This document shows positions 38,247-47,791 of a stretch of 64,000 nucleotides of DNA, piece by piece. A model generated the notes under the pieces. The model was not told the DNA's origin and ran no database searches. It saw only the letters and a program-made list of their open reading frames with translations. Position numbers and translations under genes: made by a program. Within the stretch, counting starts at the first letter, position 1. Every line of letters begins with the position of its first letter. Where the stretch lies: positions 1,411,692 through 1,475,691 of the forward strand of contig CBDCQE010000001.1 of the NCBI GenBank assembly GCA_965220505.1, written 5' to 3'. The DNA comes from Dehalococcoidia bacterium. GTDB taxonomy: Bacteria > Chloroflexota > Dehalococcoidia > Lucifugimonadales > UBA3495.

Positions 38247-39665
38247 ATGGCTGCCAATCACGTCGATACGGTCATAGTTGGCGGGCAGATCGTAACCTCA
38301 TCGCAGGTCTACGAGAGCTCCATCGCGATCTCCGGCGAGAAGATCGTGGCCATCGGCCCGGAGAATTATCTGCCGCCGGCCGACCGGTACATCGACGCCA
38401 GCGGCAAGTTCGTGCTCCCCGGCCTCATCGACAGCCATGTCCATCTGGACGGCCATGACGACTACGCGCTGGGCTCGCTGGCCGCGGCCCATGCCGGCCT
38501 GACCACCCTTGTGCCTTTCGGCACCTACCAACTGGAGGGCGACGAGACGCTGCCCCAAGCCTTCCACCGCACCCGCGAAACCGTCGAACGAGCCGCTCTT
38601 ACCGATTTTGCCTTCCATTTCATCCTGCAGAACCGACCGAGCATCCTGTCCGGTCTGCCCAACGCCGTGGATCTGGGCGTCAAGTCGTTCAAGATGTTCA
38701 TGACCTACAAAAAGCGGCCCGGCCGGATGTGCGACGACGACTACATCTGCGAGGCGATGGACCTAGTGGGACGTAGCGGCGGAGTCCTGCAGCTCCACTG
38801 CGAAAGCGGCAACATCATCGAGTACCTGGAAAACAAGCTCCTGGGCGAGGGCCACACGCACCCCACAGACTTTCCTGCTGCGTGTCCTGACTGGGCAGAA
38901 GAAGAGGCAATCAATCGGGCGGTCAAGATGTCTGCCGCCACCCGCTGCCCGACCTACGTCGTGCATCTCAGCACCCAACTGGGCCTGGAACGCATCAAGC
39001 AAGCCCAAAGCCTCGGGCAGCGGGTGTGGACTGAGACCTGCCCGCAATACCTACTGCTGTCCGACGCCCAGATGGCGGCGCGCGGCCCCCTGGCGAAGAT
39101 CGGCCCGCCACTGCGACCTGAGGATGGACCCGACCGTGACGCTTTGTGGGAAGGTTTGCGCCAGGGTCACGTATCCATTGTGGCCAGCGACCACTCGCCG
39201 CATCCCCAGGAGCTCAAGCAGCCCGGCTGGGACAACATCTTCGTGGACGCCAACGGCATGTCGGTTCCCTTCGGATCGCCCGGAATCGAGACCATCGTCC
39301 CGCTGATGTACAGCGAGGGGGTCGTGCAGCGTGGGCTGCCCATCTGGTGGCTGGCTCGGGTCATGGCGGAAAATCCGGCTCGCATCTTCGGCATCTACCC
39401 GCGCAAAGGAGTGATCCAGGTGGGCTCCGACGCCGACTTCCTGATCCTGGACCCCAACGGCGACCGCATCGTCACCGCCAGTGACCACCACAGCAACGCC
39501 GGCTACACCCTGTTCGAGGGCTGGCGTGTCAACGGCCGCCCCTGGATAACCATGCTCCGGGGGCAGGTGCTGCTTCAGGATGGTGAGATCCAGCAGAACC
39601 CAGGATACGGGACCTTCATTGAGAGCGGCTCACCCGTCGCGCCCCTCGGCGGCCCGGTCGATTAG
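38247..39665 (+). CDS. Cyclic amidohydrolase (dihydropyrimidinase/allantoinase family)
   Basis: PGLIDSHVH, SFKMFM (carbamylated Lys), LHCE, VVHLS, ASDHSP, GSDADF. Confidence 0.85.
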   Translation: MAANHVDTVIVGGQIVTSSQVYESSIAISGEKIVAIGPENYLPPADRYIDASGKFVLPGLIDSHVHLDGHDDYALGSLAAAHAGLTTLVPFGTYQLEGDETLPQAFHRTRETVERAALTDFAFHFILQNRPSILSGLPNAVDLGVKSFKMFMTYKKRPGRMCDDDYICEAMDLVGRSGGVLQLHCESGNIIEYLENKLLGEGHTHPTDFPAACPDWAEEEAINRAVKMSAATRCPTYVVHLSTQLGLERIKQAQSLGQRVWTETCPQYLLLSDAQMAARGPLAKIGPPLRPEDGPDRDALWEGLRQGHVSIVASDHSPHPQELKQPGWDNIFVDANGMSVPFGSPGIETIVPLMYSEGVVQRGLPIWWLARVMAENPARIFGIYPRKGVIQVGSDADFLILDPNGDRIVTASDHHSNAGYTLFEGWRVNGRPWITMLRGQVLLQDGEIQQNPGYGTFIESGSPVAPLGGPVD

Positions 39666-40712
39666 ATGAAAATCACCGAGGTCCGCGCCGTATACCCCAA
39701 CTACCGGTACGTCGTCCCGTCCTGGCGCACCCACTTCTGGCAAATCGTAGTTCGCATCGAAACAGACGTCGGAGCCGTCGGCTTCGGGTACGGCGGCGGT
39801 GGGGTGGCCGGCGTGGAGATAGTCAACCGCCATTTCCGCGAACTGCTGCTGGACCGTGAGATCAACAGCCTGGCGGACATCGGGGACACTTGGGATCATC
39901 TCTACGAACAGTCCCTGCCGTACGGCCGCAAAGGGCTGGCGATGATGGCGCTCAGCGGCGTTGACCTCGCCCTCCACGATCTGCTGGCCAAAGCGGAGAA
40001 CAAGCCGGTGTTCGAGCTCTTGGGCGGCGCCCGGAAACCCAGTATCCTGGCCTATGCCACCGGTCCGGATTCGGAAGCGTACCGCGACCTCGGCTTCCGC
40101 GCCCACAAGTTTCCGCACCGATGGTTGGGAGACGCCGACTACGAGACCGCCGCAAACGCCGCGGCGAGTGCCCGTCAACTCTATGGCCCTGATGCCCGCG
40201 TCATGGTCGATTGCTACATGTCCTGGGATGCAGAGGTCACCGCCCGCATGGCGGACATCCTGCGCGAGTACAACCTCTATTGGTACGAGGACGTGCTGAC
40301 ACCGGACGATCTGGCCGGCCAGGCGGCTTCGCGCGCGGTAGCGGGCCCCACCCTCATCGCCGGCGGTGAGCACGAGTTCACCCACTTCGGATTCGCGGAC
40401 ATCGCCCGCGCCGAGGCCCTGGGCTTGTGGCAACCCGACATCACGTGGTGCGGCGGAATCACGGCCGGCTTGCGCATCATCGACCTGGCCCGGGCCGCCG
40501 GCATACCGGTTTCGCCCCACCGGGGAGCCGAGGTTTGGGGCCTGCATCTCATCGCCGCCTCCGACTGGGCCGACTTCGCCGAATATCACTCCGACCACAT
40601 CCGTTCGTCCCGAGACGTGCTCTGGCTCGATGAACCCGAGCCGGAGGACGGTTTTATCGCCCCATCGGATCATCCGGGCTTCGGAGTCAAACTCAACGAG
40701 GAAATGCTTTAA
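39666..40712 (+). CDS. Enolase-superfamily acid-sugar dehydratase (mandelate racemase / L-rhamnonate dehydratase-like)
   Basis: SGVDLALHDL..K, VMVDCYM, WYEDV, AGGEHEFT, WQPDITWCGG, SPH. Confidence 0.82.
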   Translation: MKITEVRAVYPNYRYVVPSWRTHFWQIVVRIETDVGAVGFGYGGGGVAGVEIVNRHFRELLLDREINSLADIGDTWDHLYEQSLPYGRKGLAMMALSGVDLALHDLLAKAENKPVFELLGGARKPSILAYATGPDSEAYRDLGFRAHKFPHRWLGDADYETAANAAASARQLYGPDARVMVDCYMSWDAEVTARMADILREYNLYWYEDVLTPDDLAGQAASRAVAGPTLIAGGEHEFTHFGFADIARAEALGLWQPDITWCGGITAGLRIIDLARAAGIPVSPHRGAEVWGLHLIAASDWADFAEYHSDHIRSSRDVLWLDEPEPEDGFIAPSDHPGFGVKLNEEML

Positions 40713-40714
40713 CC

Positions 40715-41893
40715 ATGGCCGGACCGCTCAACGCCTTCGTTCCCGATAGCAATGCGTACCTCGCCGGCGCTGACGGCGGACCATTGTCCGGCCTCACCTT
40801 CGCGGCCAAGGACATCTTTGACATCGCCGGTCACGTCACCGGCTGCGGCAATCCCTATTGGCTGGCGACCCACGGCCCCGCCGAGGCGAACGCCTGGGTG
40901 GTGCAACGGTTGGTGGACGCCGGCGCCGTCATGGTCGGCAAAACCATCACCGACGAACTCACCCGCGGGATATTCGGCGAGAATATGCACTACGGAACGC
41001 CCATGAATCCGAGGGCGCCGGGGCGTGTGCCGGGCGGTTCCTCCAGCGGGTCGGCGTCGGCTGTGGCCGGGGAGTTAGTCGACTTTGCCCTCGGCTCGGA
41101 CACCGGAGGCTCGGTGCGCGTGCCATCCAGCTTCTGTGGGTTGTACGGCCTGCGGCCCTCTCACGGACGCATCCCGCTGGACGGCATGCTGCTCCAAGCC
41201 CCGTCCTTCGACACCATCGGCTGGTTCGCCCGGGACGCCGAGACATTCGCTCGGGTCGGGTCGGTCATCCTGCCGCCGGGCAACGAAACGCCGCGACCCC
41301 AGCGCTTGGTCATAGCGGAAGACGCCTGGGATCTCGCCGAGCCGGGCACGAGGCGAGCGCTGGAACCTGTCCTGGAGAAAATTGGCGCGCTTTTCGCCTC
41401 GTCGGCAACAGTACGGTTATCCCCAATCAGCCTGGAAGAATGGTCAGGTCACCAGCAGGTATTGCAGAGCCGTGAGGCGTGGAAGTCGGCACGGGACTGG
41501 ATCGACCGGGTCAATCCGACCTTCAGCTTTGAGGTGTCCGACCGGTATGCCCTGGCCCGCTCGATTACCGATGAGCAGATCGTCACCGCGCAAGCTGGCC
41601 GTGATGCCGTGATTGCCCGCATCAACGAGGTGTTCGACGGCGGGGACGTTGTGATGTGCCTGCCAACCACGGTGTCCCCGGCTCCGCTGCTCGGCCAGCG
41701 CGTTTCCGAGCGACACACGCTGCGGCTGCGCAACAGCGCGCTCACCTCCATAGCGGGGAACACGGGCCGCCCGCAGATCAGTTTGCCGCTAGCCGAAGCA
41801 GACGGCTTGCCCGTCGGCTTGTCCCTACTGGGAGACCGCGGGGCCGACGAGCAGTTGATTGCGTTGGCGCGGGAGATCGCAGCAGCGGCGTAA
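40715..41893 (+). CDS. Amidase-signature family amidase
   Basis: AAKDIFD, PGGSSSGSA, GSDTGGSVRVP. Confidence 0.9.
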   Translation: MAGPLNAFVPDSNAYLAGADGGPLSGLTFAAKDIFDIAGHVTGCGNPYWLATHGPAEANAWVVQRLVDAGAVMVGKTITDELTRGIFGENMHYGTPMNPRAPGRVPGGSSSGSASAVAGELVDFALGSDTGGSVRVPSSFCGLYGLRPSHGRIPLDGMLLQAPSFDTIGWFARDAETFARVGSVILPPGNETPRPQRLVIAEDAWDLAEPGTRRALEPVLEKIGALFASSATVRLSPISLEEWSGHQQVLQSREAWKSARDWIDRVNPTFSFEVSDRYALARSITDEQIVTAQAGRDAVIARINEVFDGGDVVMCLPTTVSPAPLLGQRVSERHTLRLRNSALTSIAGNTGRPQISLPLAEADGLPVGLSLLGDRGADEQLIALAREIAAAA

Positions 41894-41910
41894 CGTCTTA
41901 TCTCTCCGTA

Positions 41911-42396
41911 TCAGTCCCGCCGTGACCTGAACAAAACGTGGATCGCAAAGGCGCGCTGATCGATGGTGTCGGCGCGCCGAAATCCGGCAATGGCCCTATC
42001 GGCCTCGCTGATCAGCTCTAATACTTGAGAGCGCGAAAACGTTGCTTCCGGGACATAATCGGCATGGTGCCGATAACGCTGGATGACTACGAACCACTGC
42101 CCGAAATCTTGAATTTCCGCCGGAAACTGCCGCATTTCTCGCTGATTGTTGCAGCGGTCTTTAGCAACACCATGCTCCAGCGACCGGTAGGCTCGTTCCC
42201 ACGCCGGCTGCCTCCGGCGAGCGGGAGTCGAACCGACCAGCATGTCCGCGCAGCAGCGGGCGAGTGCATGGAATAGCGCGTAATACGCGGTGCTGACGGC
42301 TCGACGCAATTCGGCCTGACGGGGCCGACCGCGCCGTCCACCAACTCCGCCGGCAGCCAGATGTCGGGCAATCCTGATCAGATCTTCAGGATTCAC
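41911..42396 (-). CDS. HEPN-domain protein
   Basis: LRRAVSTAYYALFH and RHHADY motifs; GTG start overlaps the upstream gene by 11 nt. Confidence 0.75.
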   Translation of the reverse strand: MNPEDLIRIARHLAAGGVGGRRGRPRQAELRRAVSTAYYALFHALARCCADMLVGSTPARRRQPAWERAYRSLEHGVAKDRCNNQREMRQFPAEIQDFGQWFVVIQRYRHHADYVPEATFSRSQVLELISEADRAIAGFRRADTIDQRAFAIHVLFRSRRD

Positions 42397-42703
42397 CGTA
42401 CTTGCTCGCGAACAGTTCTTCCCACTCGGATTTTTCCACGAACGATATGCCGGGGACGCTGGGCACCCCTACCGCTATTGATTCCGGCCAGATATGACCG
42501 GGGATTTTGATAGTCCAGCCCGGGTCCAGATTCTTTTGGTCGCCGTCAAACACGATGTAAATATCCAGGTACTCGTCGCCGTCGTGATCAATCTCATGCT
42601 GAACCACTATCGGGTCAAAGACGAACTGGTCCTGGAAATGTTGCACCAACATATCCTTGACCAGGCCGGCGATCTTCTGCTTGTTTTCGGCGCTAATGGA
42701 CAT
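42386..42703 (-). CDS. Small acidic nucleotidyltransferase-like protein (partner of HEPN)
   Basis: DHDGDEYLDIYIVF acidic beta-hairpin; GGAGG RBS; similar to the ORF at 63106. Confidence 0.55.
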   Translation of the reverse strand: MSISAENKQKIAGLVKDMLVQHFQDQFVFDPIVVQHEIDHDGDEYLDIYIVFDGDQKNLDPGWTIKIPGHIWPESIAVGVPSVPGISFVEKSEWEELFASKYGES

Positions 42704-42772
42704 GACGCAACCTCCAATCGCACCTTCCGGTACGCACCACTGATGAATATGGGGTTCCATGCTTGCTGTCCA

Positions 42773-44476
42773 TTACTTGTTGAGAACGACGTCGATCAGG
42801 GCGACCCGCCCCTCGTTGACGGCGTCCAGGCCGTTGCGCAGTGCTTGGGCCAGATCGGCGGGATCCTCCACCCGTTCCCCGTAGCCGCCGAAGGGCTCGA
42901 CCAGCTTGGCGTAGTCCGGGCCGGGGATATGCACACCGTGCCAGATGTCCGAGCGCGCCGCAACGCCGTCGGGGTAGTAGGCCAGATGGTTGCCGCGCAT
43001 AGCCTCGTAGCCGCCGTTGTTGAACAGCACGGTCAGGAACGGCAGGTTGGCCTCGCCGGCAACTCCGAAACACTGCGTAACCGGGTTGTACAGGAAGCCG
43101 CCGTCGCCCATAAGCGCCACCACCGGCTGATCGGGCTTCGCCAGCTTGACCCCCAGCGCCAGCCCCAGACCTTGACCCAGGCCGCCGTTGGTCTTGTAGT
43201 AACTCTGGGGTCGGTCCCAGACGACGTGGCGGCCGATGGCGCCCCGATGGGTGGTGACTTCCTCGGAGTAAACCACATCCTCGGGCATCACCTCACTGAG
43301 CACAGCGCACAGCCAGGCCGGGTCGATAGGCCGACTGCTACTCGCGGCGGCTTCGGCGGCGTAGGTTGCTTCTGCCAAACGCTCGTGCTCCTCAGCCCAG
43401 CGCTGGCGTCGCACCTCTATCTCGTCGCGGCGACCGGCCACCGCGGGTTGCAAGGCCTCGACCAGCAAACCCAGCCCGATGGTGAGATCACCCTCGACAT
43501 AGCGGTCGGCGAAGAGGTTCTGGTACACCATGTATTCCTTGACGGTGGTCTCGCCCATGGATACCACCGTCGCATTTTGGGGCCCAGCCTGCGGCGGATA
43601 CCAAGGAGCACGGCTGCCGGCCAGGATCACCAGGTCACTCTGCTGGAGATAACGTTCCGGCTGGCCGCCCAGGTACAGCGGATGGCCCTTGGGGAAGTTG
43701 GCGTACAGCGCCGCGCTCTCCACCACCGGAATGGCGAACAGTTCGGCCAGGGTCACCAGGTTGTTGAAACCGTGGATCTCGCGCCCCGCGCTGTCCGTAA
43801 TGATCAACGGCGATCTGCTGCGGGCGATCAGACCAGCCAACTCGGCAATGTCCTGATCCGATGGGCGGATTTTGGGCGCGGACGGAACGGTTCGCAGCTT
43901 TTCCGGCGGCGTCCACGAATGCACCATAGTCTCGATGGGAATGTTCATGAACGATGGCCCCTGGGGCACGCGCTGGGCCAGTTCGCCGGCCCGAACCAGT
44001 TGCTCGTACACGGTGTGTGGGCTCGTGGCTCGGCCGCTCCACTTGGTGAAGGCGTCGGCAAAGCGGTCCGGGCCACCCACCACGCTGAGGTTGCGGTACC
44101 ACTGGCCTTGAGGGTCGATCTCCGGGTCCTCGCCGTAGCTTGTGGCCTCGCCGGAGCACACCAGCATGGGCACCTCGCCGATCATCGCGCCGTGTACTCC
44201 CATGCTGCCCTGGAGCAAACCGACGCCGGCGTGCAGCAGGACCGCCTGCATCCGGCCTGTGACCCGGGTGTAGCCGCTTGCCATGTTCACTGCCAGGGTC
44301 TCGTGCCAGCAGTTGATGTACTGAGGCCCCGGCGTCTCGTTGACCTTCTGACGGGCCAGAGCTTCCCACACCGGCGCCCATTCCGAACCGGGGGACGAGA
44401 TTATGTAATCAATGCCAAGATTGCGGAATGCTTCGAGGATGCCTTCGCCGCAATCCTGAGTGGTCGTGCTGGTCAT
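42773..44476 (-). CDS. Thiamine pyrophosphate-binding enzyme (benzoylformate decarboxylase / ALS-like)
   Basis: PGSEWAP, WHETLAVNMASGY, LMGDGGFLYN...NNGGY TPP motif. Confidence 0.88.
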   Translation of the reverse strand: MTSTTTQDCGEGILEAFRNLGIDYIISSPGSEWAPVWEALARQKVNETPGPQYINCWHETLAVNMASGYTRVTGRMQAVLLHAGVGLLQGSMGVHGAMIGEVPMLVCSGEATSYGEDPEIDPQGQWYRNLSVVGGPDRFADAFTKWSGRATSPHTVYEQLVRAGELAQRVPQGPSFMNIPIETMVHSWTPPEKLRTVPSAPKIRPSDQDIAELAGLIARSRSPLIITDSAGREIHGFNNLVTLAELFAIPVVESAALYANFPKGHPLYLGGQPERYLQQSDLVILAGSRAPWYPPQAGPQNATVVSMGETTVKEYMVYQNLFADRYVEGDLTIGLGLLVEALQPAVAGRRDEIEVRRQRWAEEHERLAEATYAAEAAASSSRPIDPAWLCAVLSEVMPEDVVYSEEVTTHRGAIGRHVVWDRPQSYYKTNGGLGQGLGLALGVKLAKPDQPVVALMGDGGFLYNPVTQCFGVAGEANLPFLTVLFNNGGYEAMRGNHLAYYPDGVAARSDIWHGVHIPGPDYAKLVEPFGGYGERVEDPADLAQALRNGLDAVNEGRVALIDVVLNK

Positions 44477-44479
44477 ACT

Positions 44480-45997
44480 TCAGTCCTCCTGTGCCGGGCT
44501 CGCCGCCGGGCGGAGTGCGGGTTCGGGCCGAGTGCTGGCCGGTACAGCCTGATCCTCACGGTGGGTGGGCAGCGCCGACAAAAAGAGCGCCACCGACAAT
44601 GCTCCAATCATAGTGAAGAAAGCGTATCTCATTCCCACGGTGAACGCGGTTCCCACTCCCGATGCTGCGCCGTGGCGCACCGCGTCCAGGCTGGGCTCAT
44701 AGCCCATGGAACCCATGGTGGCGGTTACGATGGCGGTGGCAACGGCGACGCTGACCACGTTGCCGGCGTTGCGGATCAGGTTGACCAGTGCCGAAACTAC
44801 GCCGTGGCTTTCCCGTTCCACCGCGCTCAAAATGGAGCTCGAATTAGGGGAGTAGAAGGTGCCCATGCCGCTGCTGGTCAGCATCAGGCCGGGGATCACC
44901 TGGAATAGCGAAGATTCGGCAGTCGCCTGGGAGAGAATGGTGATGCCTGTGGTCGACAGGATCAGTCCGGTTACGGTGAATTTGCGCCAGCCATAACGGT
45001 CCGAAAGCCGGCCGCTGATGGGACCCAGCATCGCCATGCAAAGCGCTCCCGGAACCACGCAAAGACCCGCCACCGACGGGCTGTAGCCAAGAACGTTTTG
45101 CAGGTAGAACGGCGTCATGAACAGGATCGCCGAGCTGCCGATGAACATGAGGTAGTTGGCAGTGACACCCAGGAAAAAGTTGCGCCGGCGGAACAATCGC
45201 AGGTTCAGCATTGGGTTGGCGATTCGTAGCTCCCACCAGATGAACCCCGCCAGGAGCACAACGAAAGCCGCGGCTGCGCCCAGTATTGGCGGGGAAGTCC
45301 AGCCGGTGCGGTGGGCGTTGGTGATGCCAAGCAGCAACGCCAGCAGGGCGCTGGAGGACAAAAATGCTCCCAGCCAGTCAAAGGCCCCCTGTCCCGGGCC
45401 GCGAACCGGGCGCGATTGGTCCGTGCTGGTCAGCACCGCAACGCACATGCCGATGCTGATGGCCACCATGGGGACCGTGGCAAAGAAAACGGAGCGCCAT
45501 CCGAAGGCGTCGACCAGGAAGCCGCCCATGGCCGGGCCGGCGACGGCTCCGGTGCCGACCATCGTCATAATCAGGCCGATGGCCTTCCCGCGCTCGTTGG
45601 GCGGGAAGGCGCCTATCATGATGGCCATGCCGGTGCCCTGGGTCATGGCCGCGCCGGTGCCCTGCACGATGCGGGAGATGATCAGTATCCCCAGGTCGGA
45701 GGACGTTCCGGCCGCGACGGAGCCAGCGATTGTTACCACCGAGCCGATGATGTACACGCGCTTGGAGGTGATGATATCCGCCAGCCGGCCCATGGGCAGC
45801 AGCAGGGCGATGATCGTCATGGCATAGCCGATTACCAGCCACTGGACGCTGGGGATATCGGTTTGGAAATGGGTCGCTATGGTCGGCAGGGCAACTCCTA
45901 CGCTGCCGTGGTCGACCACGGAGGCGAAGATGCCTACCGCCAGGGTCGCGAAGGCGTACCACTTGTAGTGGCGGCCTCGCGCGAGCGAAGATATCAC
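44480..45997 (-). CDS. MFS transporter, DHA2-like (14 TM)
   Basis: VALPTIA, LLPMGRLADI, GRLSDRYGWR motif A. Confidence 0.88.
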   Translation of the reverse strand: MISSLARGRHYKWYAFATLAVGIFASVVDHGSVGVALPTIATHFQTDIPSVQWLVIGYAMTIIALLLPMGRLADIITSKRVYIIGSVVTIAGSVAAGTSSDLGILIISRIVQGTGAAMTQGTGMAIMIGAFPPNERGKAIGLIMTMVGTGAVAGPAMGGFLVDAFGWRSVFFATVPMVAISIGMCVAVLTSTDQSRPVRGPGQGAFDWLGAFLSSSALLALLLGITNAHRTGWTSPPILGAAAAFVVLLAGFIWWELRIANPMLNLRLFRRRNFFLGVTANYLMFIGSSAILFMTPFYLQNVLGYSPSVAGLCVVPGALCMAMLGPISGRLSDRYGWRKFTVTGLILSTTGITILSQATAESSLFQVIPGLMLTSSGMGTFYSPNSSSILSAVERESHGVVSALVNLIRNAGNVVSVAVATAIVTATMGSMGYEPSLDAVRHGAASGVGTAFTVGMRYAFFTMIGALSVALFLSALPTHREDQAVPASTRPEPALRPAASPAQED

Positions 45998-46029
45998 GAC
46001 TGCGTTACCGGGACCGTAGATGCCAAGCG

Positions 46030-46989
46030 CTACTCGCCGGCGAAGAACCGTCGAGGGTTCTCCACTGTGATCTGGTGAATGTCCTCGTCCGACGCTCCCA
46101 TTTCCTTCAGGCGGGGCAGCACGTAACGGGGGATGAAGTTGTAGCCATCCGGGTTGGCCCGTCGCCGTTGCTCCTGCACCTCTGCGCCGTGGCGAGCCTT
46201 GGGCACCGAGTAGTCGTGGGAAAGGAAAATACGGTGGGTGAACCCGGCATCCATCAGCGCCTTGGCGACTTCGGTCCGCTGTTCCCAGTCGGGAGTGCCG
46301 GGGCGGAATCCGCCAGGGTAGCGGTCCAGGCCCAGCCAGACGCCTTTGTTGAGGAGACCCAGGAGGTACTCCAGGTCGGTGTCGTCGTTGCTGTGGCCGA
46401 TGTACACCCGGTCCAAGTCAACGCCTTCTTCCTCCAGAACACGCACTTGCGCCTCGCCGATACGCTCCGGCGACCACGTGTGTGTCGAGATGGGCACGCC
46501 GGTGGCTTTCTGCGCACGCGCGGCGGCCCGCAACACGTTCTCCTGTGGGGCCGTGATCCCACCTTCGTCGCTGGCCACCTTGATGATGCCAGCCTTGATC
46601 CCGGTGCCCTCGATGCCCTCCTCGATTTCGCGAACATAAAGCTCGGCGATGACGTCGGGGGAGATTTCGCCGAAGGGCCGTGGCACGGCCAGGTGGTTGC
46701 CGGTCGCGACGACCACCTGCATGTCGCTACCCAACGCCACCTCGCGGATCAGCTGGACGTCCCGTCCCAGGTCGAAGGTGCTCACGTCGATTATGGTTTT
46801 GACTCCATCCTCCCTGACGGCGCGCATGGCGGCGATGGACTGTTCGCGGATGCCGTCACGGTCGATGATCTCCGGGTAGGTGTGGCGGAGGCCGGCGGCG
46901 TTGGTTCCAACATGCTCGTGGCTCAGGGTGAACCCCAGGTCGTCGGTATCTATGGGCCCCATCACGCTGTTCACGGTTGCCATTGCCAT
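46030..46989 (-). CDS. Phosphotriesterase-family protein
   Basis: FTLSHEH, AGIIKVA, PISTH, YIGHS, FLSHD metal ligands. Confidence 0.88.
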   Translation of the reverse strand: MAMATVNSVMGPIDTDDLGFTLSHEHVGTNAAGLRHTYPEIIDRDGIREQSIAAMRAVREDGVKTIIDVSTFDLGRDVQLIREVALGSDMQVVVATGNHLAVPRPFGEISPDVIAELYVREIEEGIEGTGIKAGIIKVASDEGGITAPQENVLRAAARAQKATGVPISTHTWSPERIGEAQVRVLEEEGVDLDRVYIGHSNDDTDLEYLLGLLNKGVWLGLDRYPGGFRPGTPDWEQRTEVAKALMDAGFTHRIFLSHDYSVPKARHGAEVQEQRRRANPDGYNFIPRYVLPRLKEMGASDEDIHQITVENPRRFFAGE

Positions 46990-47179
46990 CCCTCCTGGCC
47001 GTGGGCGAATGCGGGTATTCTATTACGGATTCCGCTGGGACGATACGAGCGCGGCGTCTCCGGTGCGCCGGCTTGCGCTACCATCACCGTGTCCGTGGCT
47101 CGCCCGTGCGTTTCCCAGTGCGACTTGCTGAGCAATTGCTGGCACGTCTATATTGACCGAAAAGCACTGGGAGGCAAAC

Positions 47180-47731
47180 ATGCGAACGCCCATTTTGACC
47201 CGTGACCAGGTCCCCGCGGAACTGCAAGACGCATTCGACCATGAGACCGCCAACTCCGGCGGCGTGGTTTCCAGCGGCCCAGGTTCCGCCATGATCAACA
47301 GCCCCGAAATGCGGAAGCGGGCGAACCATCTGGTCAACTACCTGCGGGACGAGTCGTCCCTGCCCAAGAAGATCCAGGAACTGGCCATGATCCTGACGGC
47401 ACGCAACATGGACTGCCAGTACATCTGGTTCGCTCACTCCGTGCGAGCCAAGGAACAAGGCATCAGCGCAGAGTTCGTTGACAACCTGCGTGATCGTAAA
47501 GCTTTGCCGCAACTGCCGGCAGACGAGCAGACGGTGGTCAACTACGCCACGGAATTGTTCAACAACCACCGTGTCACCGACGCAACCTTTCAGGCCGCCA
47601 TCGACCAGTTCGGGCCCCTGGGATTGACCGAACTGACGACGCTGTTCGGTTACTACACCCTGCTTGCCTTCAACGCCAACTCTTTCGACATCGACGTGCC
47701 GGACGGCGCGGAGCCCAAGCTCCCGATTTAG
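47180..47731 (+). CDS. Carboxymuconolactone decarboxylase / AhpD-like protein
   Basis: QELAMILTAR..DCQYIWFAH, ELTTLFGYY; ATG 47180 behind GGAGG. Confidence 0.78.
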   Translation: MRTPILTRDQVPAELQDAFDHETANSGGVVSSGPGSAMINSPEMRKRANHLVNYLRDESSLPKKIQELAMILTARNMDCQYIWFAHSVRAKEQGISAEFVDNLRDRKALPQLPADEQTVVNYATELFNNHRVTDATFQAAIDQFGPLGLTELTTLFGYYTLLAFNANSFDIDVPDGAEPKLPI

Positions 47732-47791
47732 CCGGGCTCCAACCGTCGCCGCCGTTCGGCGTATCTGCCCGGGTATGCTCCCGCGCTGCGC

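Noticed and set aside
42494-44908. 804-aa plus-strand ORF; similarly 17131-18540
   Set aside because: Antisense to the TPP enzyme and gcvPB respectively; no independent evidence
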